DNA of 64,000 nucleotides, taken from positions 18,923,237 to 18,987,236 of the forward strand of contig NC_092672.1 of the NCBI RefSeq assembly GCF_964355755.1, read 5' to 3'. The notes below the pieces were generated by a model. The model had not been told where the DNA came from. It did no database searches and worked only from the letters and a program-made list of their open reading frames with translations. A program made the position numbers and the translations under genes. This stretch comes from Antedon mediterranea (taxonomy: Eukaryota; Animalia; Echinodermata). Shown piece by piece: positions 52,106 through 64,000 of this stretch. Position 1 is the stretch's first letter. Each line of letters starts with the position of its first letter.

Positions 52106-55100
52106 TCATACAAATGCATACTGATTTCGCACAGCACGCCCTCCTCTATGATTGTCATCCGCAGCATCTGTATTTATACCGTTTGCCGGCGGCCTCGCCA
52201 TCGGATCATTGATCGGTAAGAAGAAGCTATTGCCAGGTGCCGTGAATTCCGACATTGGCATGCCGTCAGGATTGAATGATACGTTACCATCGGAGCTTTC
52301 CGCCGAACTCGGTGTTCTTGGACGTATAGTGTTTGGTACGTAAACTGTGAGGGAAACATCCGGTTGACTGGATCCGTCACGACTGTCTAATGGGATAGGG
52401 TGTGTTCTAAAGTGGTCGAGCATATCAAATATACTGTCAAACCATATGTGTGTAACTTTGCATTTTCCATCTGGATCAAGTTGTAAACGTAAATGCTAAA
52501 GATTGATAAAAAATAAAAAAATTCATCTTGATATCATCTCTATTTGTTCATCTATTCATATTTATTTATTATTATTATGATAGATTATGAAATTTCAAAT
52601 GTTGTTATTCAGCATAGTCCCAAAAATTGATTAGTATTAGAGGGTAGTGCTTGAACATAGCAAATTTTCTAGGCCTTATGGTGAATCCAGCAATCCAATT
52701 TTCCTTGTTTTTTTATTCAGTTTAGCATTTAAAATTTGGCTTACTGTGACTCATTTTTAGTGAATAGTAGGGCAACAAAACCTTCTATAGAAATACCAAA
52801 ATGGGTTTCCCTACTTTAAAGTATGCATGCATAAGAATAATCTTCTCTTGCGTTGTGGGCATAAAAAAAGAAGAGTTCCAATTCAAAAGAAAAACAATAT
52901 TAATTGAAATGGATGGAGGAAGCGAGTTGGTCAATGATGTGGATAGAAGTCAATCAATTTCCACGCTTTAGTTAAACAACAGAAGCTAATTTACATTGTA
53001 TCTTGCATCATGCGTATCTTGCATTAAGCTTTTAGAATCTCCCCACTAAATTCTACTATATATTCTTTATATGAATTGATAACAAGTAATACTGTACCTT
53101 GGGCCTGCCATGAAAATTAAATGTAAGCACACACTCGCCCCGCCTTGTTTCACTTTGTCGTACCAGGAACACACCATGACATGTATGGCCTCCTTGTAGT
53201 ACAAGCTGAGCTGCATCAATACGTGACAAGGTACCGTGGAACCATGGGTAGCTAGCTAACACATGGTCATTCTCTGGACTTACTAACACCATGCCTTCTA
53301 CAAAACAACAAGAGTATAATGCAATATAGCAAATACAGTAGAACCTCTGTTTTACGTGTCCTGATTTTAACGTTCTCTGGATTTTACGTACGCTAAAATG
53401 ACTGATGATGTCACAACATAGCACAAAGCCATGGCTGTGTGAGGAACTCTGTGAGACAAGCTACACACATACATTCCTTCTACAGCAGCGAATGTTTTCA
53501 TTTATAGAAAAAACAAGAACATTGATATTTTATTTAAACATCATCACAGTCAGTATATACTGTACTTTTCTAGTTAGGCCTCACATCTTTATAGGCCTGC
53601 TAGCATGGCCTAGATTAGCCCAGGCAAGGCCTAGCTATGGACCAACTGCCTGCATGCTGTACACAGTAAAGTAGGCAAACACGGCAGACTTTTTAGCTAC
53701 GATCTACGTATTTGGGGTCAATTTAAGGTCAACCTGGATTTTACGTATGCCTTTCGGTCCCGTACAGTACGTAAAATGAACTGTACTTGCTTTGTACATT
53801 TGTAAATAAAGGCAAGTTTCTTTGTATCCAACTTTTTTTTCTAAATAAAACTAAAAACTTAAATACTCTTTATTTTCAACATGGCCAGAGATATCTTTGT
53901 CATTCTCATTTTTCTGATGATACAACACTTTCTGAAAATCAGAAATGAGTAATGTACAGAATTCAATAAAAGTGATTAGATGAAGTGAGCCCTCTATTAT
54001 GAATATCTCAATATTGATGCACTAACGTAAATACTGTACATAACTTTGGACAGTTATGCTAAATTATGCAATCAAAACAACAAAAGTTTACAAATGTATT
54101 ATATAGATTACATTACAGTATAAACCATCCATTATTGTTATTAATTTATTTATTTGACTTTTAGCATTCAAGGGATTGTGTTAGATGGCAAATATTAGAA
54201 GCTACTTGAATACTGTAAGCCAATTTATTTTCAAAACAAATATTAGATAAAAATAGTCAGAAAAAAAATTCTTTTGTAAATTTGGTAAGCTAACAATCCC
54301 ACAAGGGTCACGTTTATATTTTGTATGGTTCATGAGTGGACTGCACCATATTCGTATAGGGTTTAATTTTGTAAGGCCTGACTACTGTACTTCACTATTG
54401 TTTATGTTAGAAACTCAGAGACCTCGGTGATAACAATAAACTTAAATATTATTATCAAACCAGGAAGTACAGTACTACTGGCCTAGTAGTAATACCAAAA
54501 TGTGCAAGTTGCTGTCAATTGATTTCCTGATAACTACATCCGGTAGTGTAACAAAAAGTTATAGGAAATTATACCTGAATGACGTGGTTTAACCTACTGA
54601 ATCATAGAATTTTAAGCCCCCAAAAAGACAATTAGCAGGCATGATAGGTTTCCAAGGTCCTAAAACATGGTACTCACTATCTCACGAATTAGAAATAATT
54701 ACTTTAATGTAACAAATTTAAAGTTCAAATTTTATGTAAACCATGTTTCTGTATTTATTGCTCAATTGATATTAAAAAATAAACTCAAGCATTGTTTCTA
54801 AAGTTTTTGTTCTAACTTTATGCAACTTAATATTTATTAATCTATTTCATTTGTTTTCTTTAATAATTAAGTAAAATATACCAATTAGACAAGGCTTGCC
54901 TTCTAGTAGTTCAATAATCTATCATTGCTATTGTAATTACTATGCCTAAAACAATCATTTTATATTGTACTTTTTTCTGTATACCCTTGTTGTATTCTGT
55001 TATTAAACAATTGATTAAAAAAATGTCAAATTTCATGTCTTTTTCAACATTTTAGATTTTATTTATTTGTTAATAATTAAGTATAATTTGTAGCTAACTT

Positions 55101-58100
55101 TTGGATCCCTCATTTTTCTCAGGATGTAGTTTATTGTTAAATATTAGTTTTCTATGGTATTTTCTCGAGAAATACATTTATTTTGAATAAAATATTAATT
55201 GAATTAAAAGTACTATTATGGCCTTTAGAAACGTACTAAACTACAAGTTAAACTTGTGTAAAGTTCAAATTAGAGGGTTGTTTTATATAATTCCATCCTG
55301 ATATTTTTCATGGAGTCAAACAAAAAGAATTTTTATCATAAACAAGCATCACCTGACTGATATAAATGAAAATCTCAATTATTCGTTCTAGTCTTATATT
55401 TTTTTGATTTTGTATGAATAAATTCACGTAGTGGCAAAACAAGCTTCATATGATGGTATGATCGAGGTACATACAACAAATATTGACTACTGTATGTTTA
55501 TAAGTTTTAAGGGAGTCTTAAAAACCTAGTCAATATTTTGATATCAGAAATTGTAGCTCATGAGTGGTTACCATTTCAAAACCGTTTAAGTTTATTATTA
55601 TTTAAGTTTTCAGTTTAATTGCATTTTGTTCATGATCACGAAAATACTATAGAGTATCACGGTGTGACGTCACAACAATACAGGGCGCTGCATGGTTGCT
55701 AGCCAACCAAAAAATGCGTTCAGCCTTAATACTATGTTGATAAACAGTAAAGATCTGTATTTCTATCAAATTATGTATCTAATTAGCTTGATTTTTTTAA
55801 ACTTAAACTGTAGTTGAAAAATAAATAAATTGTTAAAAACAACTATTTAGTGATATTTTGAAATTTTAGTTTGTTTTTATTCAAGATGATTAAGTTTTAA
55901 AATGACTACTTGAATAAGCCTATTCCAAACCATTGGTGACCTTGAAGTCACTCAGGCAGGCTGAACGCATTTTTGGTTGCGCTAGCAACCACGCAGCGCC
56001 ACTTATCGTCATGACGTCAGCACCGTGATTCTCTATACAATTTGGTCTATACCTTGTCTTGAGTTTTACATGCACCAACCCATTGAATACATGCAGTATC
56101 CTAATTTTCCATGATATATAATTCATTGCATGGAATATGTATAATACTTTCAAGTTGATTATTCAACATTTTGTTTAGTGTATCATGCTATACCTGGGGC
56201 TGTGATAGGTGTAATAGCTTGCTCTGAACTTGCACTGCTTGATGCCCGTTGCGGACAAGGCTCTCTGGGTGGTATTTGTGGTGGGGGTGATGTATTAGGA
56301 CTTCGATCTGGACTTGAACCTATAAGACGGAAATACAATTGAAATTTGTTAAGATATTGTATGTCTATGAGAAAAACAATAATTGGACATCGGCCCCCAT
56401 CAGTTGTTGGAGATGTGCAAGAGATCTGTTCTATGAATACTTCTCACACCGATGGATGAGCTCAAGTTGAATACTAGAAGAAACATATTCATTTTATCTG
56501 AGAGCCACCCGCCCTCTTAACCTATCAACAAAATGTCCTCAAAATTCGACAAAAACTTTTTGAGACTTTGTACATGACCAAACTAAAAAATGAGATGATT
56601 TTATATTTACCATCAGTAGGAATTTCTACTGCTAAGCTGTTCCTCATCAGTTGTGAGTCCATGTGATGGTTTTCATCAACGGGAACAGAGGGAAGTGGTC
56701 GCCTATAAAACAAGGATACAAAATTGCTATTAGTTCCTTTCACTTATTTGTACCACTGTACTCATAAACAGTAATTATTTGTTTGTATAATATCTTGTGT
56801 GTGGGTGATGTGTAATAGGTAGTAGTGTTCATCATTTTTTGATAATTTATGTAATTAATATTAATAAAAGAAAATTGTAAAATTACCTTCGATCTAAGCT
56901 AGCTCCTCTGTGTGCTACTTTCATTGACTCTTGTATACTGGCTAGCCATGCTTGCATGTCCTCAATACTCTGAGCTTCCATCACAAATTCAAGATTATTC
57001 TCAGCCTAAAAAGGCAACGTTGTTATTCATTTAAAAACATGTTCATATGAATTCATTTAATAATAAAACCAACATTTGAATAATAAGGAGCTTTCGATTT
57101 TTGAAAATCTAGTGACATTTAAAACATTTACAGATGACATCAACAACTCTTGTTTGCCCGATGACCCTATACACCTAAAAAAGGTTGAATTGCACTTGTG
57201 TACTAATAAACTAGCAGAATTCAAAAAATTGAAAGCTCCGTAATTATGATTACTGAATGCTACAAATAGCATGTCATAGCTTAAACTTTTCAATATTAGA
57301 AATCTATAGTACTTTACTATAGATTTGAGATGCATGCTACAGTATAGCATGCAATGTACATACATTGGTAATAAATAATTCTCTGATCAACTTCTTACAT
57401 GATTATTTTTTAGATTGTAATGTTAATGGCAAATTTAGGTAGTCTTTATAAAAGTCAATATAAAGTAATACAGGATTAAATTTACACAAACCAACAGTGG
57501 TGTTGATAGTCTATAAGTCCTAGCTTACCTGGATAAACCGACAATAGCCCCTTTCTCCCTGAAGAGCGAGATATACATCGAAAAGTAGAAATTTTCATTG
57601 AACACCCCTCTCCACAAATGGTATAGTACATGAACTATGTCCTCAGGTGGGAGCCTCCCCATCGCCAGACTTCTTGTCTGAGGGGACGGTGGGAGGGCGT
57701 TTATCCAGGTAAGCTGGCACTTATAGACTACCAACACCACTGTTGGTTTGTGTAGTCTATTTCATGCCTAGCTTATCTGGATAAACCGACAAGATAGATG
57801 GAGATAACGATGGGGTGAATGTTGACTGTGTTGCCACTTAGCTGGCACTACCTGTATACAACACCTATGCAACTGATGCATGTGAATTGGTGGTGGAGGA
57901 GGGACCGATAAAGCGCATAACTCAATTTTCAGTTGTTGACTTTGCACGTACAGCAGTCGACTTATACAGTAGGAATTCGAGAACTGTTGGAACCGTCCGA
58001 ACACTCTGAACTAGGTACACCGAACAGGGTACCTAGGTGGCAGGCCTTCTGCTTTTGTTTAAACTACGAGTATGAGCACATCAGCTCACACATGGACACT

Positions 58101-61100
58101 GCAGCACATAATTGGCCTGAGGTACCGCCTCAGGTTAGTTGGCATGTGCACCACTTTAAGAAATTCGGCTGGACGACATTAAGCATCAGGGACGGTAGTA
58201 CCAACACGACGCTCCACCTGTCCCTGCAGTGGATGACAATTTGGTCAAGCACCGCACAAACCCCGCAAGTAACCTGCAAGTCTTCTCACTATGATATTCC
58301 TCTAATCTTTGTATGGAAAGATCCTGTAATTGTCGTATACCAGCGACAACACTTGTATTATTGATATAATATGGGAAGGCAGTACCAACTGGTATGATAT
58401 GAGGGGAGGAATACTGAGGAACCTTCTTTCTTGGAAGAGTTCTCATGGGTCACCATTATCCTGCGTTTTTAATGGAGGAGCAGTGTTCGAATGAATGAGC
58501 AGCACCGCCATAGCCTGCGATTAATTAGTGCCTGTTAGGTCCTCTACCGCAGGCCCCTCACGCTCAAGCAACAAACTCCTCACAGCGTGACCATCCGTCT
58601 AGTCCAAATTGTAACTCCTGACAATGGGCGGACCCTCAGAAACCAATTTCAACCAATCACGTTCACGTACAGTATTTACATAGGCTATGTAATATATATA
58701 TATTGCAACAGCATACCACTGTACATACAAGCTCTCTTGAAGACATGTTTACTCTTTATGTCTCGAAATAAAAAAAAAATGATAGTGATTTGTGGACTAA
58801 AGCATTTGTGGAAAGGGGTGTTCAATAAAAATTTCTACTTTTCAAGGCATATCTTGCTCTTCGAGTAGAAAGGGCTATTGATTTATCCAGGTAAGTTAGG
58901 CACGAAATAGACTATGAGTTTAGTACAGTAAGTACAGTAAGATGCACTGGTGCTTACAGCATACCATACTGCACAGAACATCCTGTAATCTTACAATATA
59001 TATAAGCATTACAAAACTTCATCATAACCAGATTATAATAAAACAATTATAATATTCACAAATAAAAAGTAAATAGAATGGGAGTTTGGTTTACATCTGT
59101 GTGAACTCACTTGATTCGATGAACCTGGGTTTGCATACACCCTGGTGCTTAGTCTGTGCGAATGCAGCTATACAGAAGAAGATCATTTTAAATTTGTCAT
59201 TGAAGTACTGTATAACTGTATTTCCTTAACCATTATAACTTATTAATCTATTTGCACAGCATCTTTTGATTACGATAAGAAGTTTAATAACTTTCAATTT
59301 CAGGTCAAATTTGGAATAATTGGTCATTTTCATTGGCATATAAGTACTGTACAGTTTTGAACATACAGCAGTGCATTCTCAATGGGTACCTTTATTTATA
59401 TTTTGAAATTTTAGAATTCCCTACCCTTCATCATTATCCAAATTAAATGCAAAACATAAAACAAGTAGCATCATTTAAATAGTGCGAAAAAAGGAAATTA
59501 GACAATTTTTATGAACACAACAAAAATGTAATAACACACATACACACATAAAAATATGTAAAAATAAATTATTATAACACATGCATTTTGTAGACAGAGC
59601 CTTGAAATTTAGAGAATTTTATACTGTAGGTAGGGTAGTGAAAATATAAACATCCAACCAGTAGGTGCACCATCTGAAATTGCTTTGTTTCTAAAGCCAA
59701 ATGTTTGGCTTACTGTACTGTGTAGCTTACATTCAATTTAAGATGGACGTAGCTGAATAAAAGTTAAATAATGATGTGTTATGGAACAAATAGTAATTGT
59801 GTTGTATCATTCAATGGGAAGAATATTTTCAATCTAATCTCATAGTCTTGTTTATTGAATAGAACAGTCAATCTTTCAACACATAGAAATATTCTCCCAC
59901 CCATCATCATAAACTATGCTGTACCTGTACTACAGTACATAGAACACCTATTTGAAACCTAAACAAAGTGTCTCTTTGAAGGTGTATTTTCCCCCTTGTT
60001 TGAAAAAAAAAAAAAAACAACTGCTGAAAATATAATGCGAAAACATGCATTTTCCTTCTACAGTCAAGCATTACTATACAAACACATCTTTGCCAATATC
60101 AATCAAAACATCTCTAAAAATATACAATATATTAAGGACATTATAAATTAATGCTTAATTTAATACTAAAGTAGGAGTTAAAATTTTGTTTAAGATAAGA
60201 CAAGTATGATAATGTATGAACACGACATTTTGAAACTAAAAGGACAACATTACCAAGAAAAATATTATTTTGACAACTTAGGGATGTACAGTATGTATAT
60301 GATCTCAGAACAATTGTGAGATTTACATTACAATATCACAACACACGCTCGCCATACAGCCGTAGCTGTAAATTGCTGTGACGTCAAGTGTGCTTAGCAA
60401 AATCTACCTCATGAGTTTTCATTGTTGTTAATGTACAAGATTCATATTATTTAATTATATTTCAATTGCTAATTTGACCTGCATTAGGCTTAAATTTGCC
60501 AAAATGTTTTAGTGTACAGTACATGTTATTTTGAAGAAACACTTCAATATGCAGATAGGCAAAAAAAAAAAAAAAAAAACAACAAAATTCAACATTTATA
60601 TGTTTTACGATTTATTTATTAAAACGTGTGTTTACTAGAAATTGTCACACTTTGGTATTGACCCCCGAGGTAGCTAAAAGAATGACGTATGTGATGATGT
60701 GATGGATTCACTCAACGATATCGGTAAAGTTGTCCTTTAAAGTACCACATAAAAATAGATTTTTTAAATGCTTTAAAGATTAAAATGCGATTTATATTAT
60801 GGGCACCCAAAATCAGTGAGTACTATACTGTAGGTTTTCCATCAAAATCTACATGTAATTGTAAGTAATAAAAAGTGTTTAAAAATATAGGACACTTTAT
60901 TAAATGCAATTTAAATGAAATTAAAAATACTATACAATATTGATCACGACAAAACATAGACAGGAACAACAGTAAATACAACAAACTATTACAATACACA
61001 GTATAATAACACATTATTACTGCAGTACATGAAGTAATCCGTGTATGGCTCCTGTATGCTGTGCCCGTCTCCTCATGGACGACATATCCGGCTGCTGTTC

Positions 61101-64000
61101 CATTGCAACATTTATGTTAAGTTTAGAGAAAAGTTTAAAGAAAAAAATTCAAAATAGGAAAGATACAGATAATAAAATCAATCAGTGGGTGGAGGTAGTA
61201 CTGACGTACAGTACCCAGCAGAAATATATGACAATATAAAACGACGTCAGATGACTAGTAGTACTGCACCGTATGTAATATTTAATATAAATTTGAATTT
61301 TACAGTAATTGAATTTTTAAATTAGATTTTAATTTTATGAAATCAAAATGTTAGTATTGAGGACATAAAATAATTTACCATACATATGCAATAGGAAGTT
61401 TGACAAAAAAATAGATACTGTAAAGTATTATACTGTAGTAAATAAAGCTACAATTAAAAGTTCAAAGTTCTATTGATTCACTACACTTACAATGAATCAA
61501 GGTCTGACCAGTGAAATAAACAGTATAATAATATAATATTAATAACAATAAAAATAAACAAGTCTACCGCTACTCGCGGTAGTCTACCGCGCTACCGCTA
61601 TCTCGACGTTTTCTACCGCATTTTGATTTTTTTTACAGCATTTTCAAATTTCCCCATATTTTTGGCCAAATTGATTTACGGTTACGCCCAGGCTCAGCCC
61701 AGATCAACAATACAAAAGTGAGGCAGGATGTTGAAACAATGTCTATTCATGCAGTCTCCGTGGTCTATTATTGTATATTTATTTGTATGCACTGCCTTTG
61801 TTAAACCGTAACAATAATATAAACATGCACGGTACTACACGACGCCGGACGTAGAAAAAAAGAAGCGTGCAACGAACCGTGAATCAATCACGTGGTAACC
61901 GGAATACGCGATTATCAATTTTGGGGAGGATCCAAGTTTTAACTAAATAAACGCTTTGCACAGTGGTTGAGACACGTTTTTAATAGTTATTACATTTTTA
62001 AACACCCTCATAATTAATGAACTCTACCAATGTTGATCCGCTGCAAAGAACAACAGATCGCACATCGCACGAGGTTGTTGAGGCGGTGTTTTATTTGGTT
62101 TTACTGTACGATTCGATAATAGGAACATGTTAAATGATTTAAAAGGCATGGATTCGCCAAGCAAGTAGGCCTACGTTTAATAAAAATTTACCTAAGATTT
62201 TCGTAAGCTCTTTTGTTCAAACTTGTTATTTATATAGCAATAATCCACCCGTTCCGGCATGCACGCTAGGCCTCTGGCTCTAGCCTCTAGGCCTACTCCT
62301 CGATCGATCGATGTCGCTGGTGGTGGAAAATTTCCCGGCGATAAGAAATCGGCGAAATAGCTCATAAACGGCCTACATTTTAATGTTATCTTTAATGCCA
62401 GTGTAATTACGTATGGATAAAACAATATAAAACTCAATGTTTTTCATCTGAAATAATATGTTAACTCGCGTAATGTAGCATAAGACGGATTCGGAATAGT
62501 TATTTCGATTGTTTTTGAGTTTTAAAATGGTAGCTAGCTAGGACCTAGAAGTAGAAGCCCTTAGGCTAGGCCTGTGCCTAAAAAAAATGAGTAAATTCTA
62601 TTGGGCAATACTATCATGTGTAAATATTGTACATTATGTAATTAAGTTAAATTATTTTATATACTGAATTTTAGTTAATAAAATACATGCAGTATATATT
62701 TTTAAAATTCTTTGTACTGAGGATGTGTCCATAAAAAAAATAAGAATGTAAAAATACTGATGGATAAACCTATGTAAAAATTAAGCCAACTTATGTGTAA
62801 ATATTGTATACTGACTATATGTAAGTAACATATTTAGTTAATTAAGAGACGTAAACGACACGCGTTGATTTTCGATTCCCCGCGCGTTGACTTTTGACGC
62901 CCCTACGAAAATGTGGTTCACGACAAAATCTCCTGCAAATGGACTTTCCCAAGTTGGGACCTCTGTGCATTGTGTTGGCTTTTCATGAATGTGAAACAAT
63001 GTGAAGTAATTTGTAAACCGTGTGTGTAAATGTTTTATATGTAAATGTATGTCTGTGTGATGTACTTGAATTGTGTACAGTTATACAGTAGCCCTGGCAT
63101 AATCAAAATCTTGCAGGCACTTTTTTTTTCCTACTGTACTTCAATGAGGCATGGTTGGATGTATTGATTCTCCCCCTGGAAAAAATAGTTTTTAATATAC
63201 CATTTTAATGTCACTTAATAGTAAAAATTCCTTTTTTTTAAACCAAAAATTGGATCGAAACAAAATAATTTTCCCGAAAAACTGTAAATTAAAGCAAAAA
63301 ATAGTCTTGCAAATTACTAATATTAGTGACATAAAGGGATCCATACTCTAGAAAGGGTTATTAGATATTAACCAATCAGAATGACATTTGATGTGAATAC
63401 AGCATTGTACAAAAGGTCTTTTGTACTGTTATAATATTTAAAGCATGTGTAGTAAAGGTGTCACCCATTTGTGAACATACAAATTAAACTTGCATTTAAT
63501 TGGCAAGATTGACCAAGATGAGACACTAACCAAGAGTAATTTGAATGTTCATGACACGTTTTAATTTTTGTAAAGTACAATTGATCAAACCAATTTAATT
63601 AAAAATTTAAAAAGTAACACAAACTAAAATTAAACTTTATTTGTTTTATTGTCAAGTTGCTAATAATGAGTATTATGTTAAATTTGTCTTCTTTTGTTCA
63701 ATTTGGAAAAAATTAAAATACTGTTCTTGAATATTGAAAATGGAGGATTTTTTTTGGTTCTTTTTGACAATTTTAACTGAAAAAAAATTATTTCTCAATA
63801 ATTTACAACATAAGATTTTTACTTCATCTTGAATTGTATTTCACTTTATCCAGGTAAAGCTAGGCATGATATACAGTAGACATTTACATTTCTGGATGAC
63901 AATGAGTAAATTTACCTTTAAAGCAAAAGCATGTTTCGTTCCAGGTAATTCAAGCTCCGTTGTTTCTCTAACTTCTTCTATCAGGAAGCAGTATATTCCT
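52106..64000 (-). CDS. SH2B: SH2B family adaptor protein (PH + SH2 domains), 3' part; gene continues beyond window end
   Basis: Exons (minus): 63916->64000 ([29 protein letters not shown]), 56887-57005, 56611-56702, 56194-56319, 53098-53297 ([10 protein letters not shown]...[28 protein letters not shown]2), 52106-52495 ([26 protein letters not shown] ... [12 protein letters not shown]2B-type C-terminal Tyr motif). Phases are consistent. Confidence 0.92.
53336..53783. mobile_element. pogo/Tigger-like MITE
   Basis: TA|CAGTAGAACCTCTGTTTTACGT left end, repeated GATTTTACGT subterminal motifs, right end ACGTAAAATGAACTG|TA (partly deleted TIR). Confidence 0.6.
55648..56037. mobile_element. MITE with about 80-bp terminal inverted repeats
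   Basis: TATAGAGTATCACGGTG..TGACGTCA...GGTTGCTAGC..AACCAAAAAATGCGTTCAGCC versus GGCTGAACGCATTTTTGGTT..GCTAGCAACC...TGACGTCA..CACCGTGATTCTCTATA. Confidence 0.85.
57483..58914 (-). mobile_element. Internally deleted DIRS1-type tyrosine-recombinase retroelement (lITR - remnant - ICR - rITR with extension)
   Basis: Non-identical ITRs at 58803-58914 and 57483-57620. Internal region 57699-57792 is complementary to both the element end and the element start, joined at TA. Weak recombinase-like remnants on the minus strand (IELCALS, similar to HELRALS). Confidence 0.72.
59111..59167 (-). CDS. Candidate 57-nt in-frame cassette exon of SH2B ([19 protein letters not shown])
   Basis: Minus strand TTCTTCTGTATAG|CTG...CAA|GTGAGT; 19 codons, no stop, phase 0-0 matching the flanking exons; more GC-rich than its surroundings. 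Confidence 0.5.
61561..62965. mobile_element. Probable hAT-like DNA transposon remnant
   Basis: CpG-rich block with repeated CTACCGC motifs at the left and a CAGAGGTCCCAACTTGGG-type terminus at the right; matching left TIR not found. Confidence 0.35.

Noticed and set aside
61021-61110. GC-richer minus-strand stretch [25 protein letters not shown] as an alternative first SH2B exon
   Set aside because: Only weak donors; the better one is out of phase with downstream exons and there is no homology support. It needs transcript data.

Overview
AT-rich, intron-rich eukaryotic genomic DNA, most likely an invertebrate animal (deuterostome-like proteins; inference). By hand I could splice four genes with GT-AG junctions and consistent phases: RFC2 (minus, 8 exons, 339 aa) head-to-head with a SEC14L2-like CRAL-TRIO/GOLD gene (plus, 12 exons, 403 aa); a gamma-glutamyltransferase (plus, 11 exons, about 592 aa); and the 3' half of an SH2B adaptor gene (minus, runs off the right edge). 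Introns and spacers hold many minisatellites and mobile-element remnants. These include a decayed Penelope-like element with a minimal hammerhead ribozyme, a small DIRS1-type element with ITR/ICR architecture, a P-element-type MITE plus two 20-25 bp P-type footprints with 7-bp TSDs, RTE and other LINE tails, a Helentron-type element, SINEs and MITEs. The most unusual signals are four. (1) Tandem repeats have amplified real splice sites (4 acceptors in RFC2, about 17 donor-bearing units in GGT). (2) A 32x32-bp array has a unit made of a LINE target-site duplication plus the LINE 3' tail. (3) A 355-bp circularly permuted repeat carries a fully paired tRNA cloverleaf with an ATC anticodon, and one copy abuts the Penelope element. 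(4) SH2B has a candidate in-frame cassette exon inside its PH domain. Nearly all long ORFs in the supplied track are repeat artefacts. Family assignments come from recalled motifs, not database searches.
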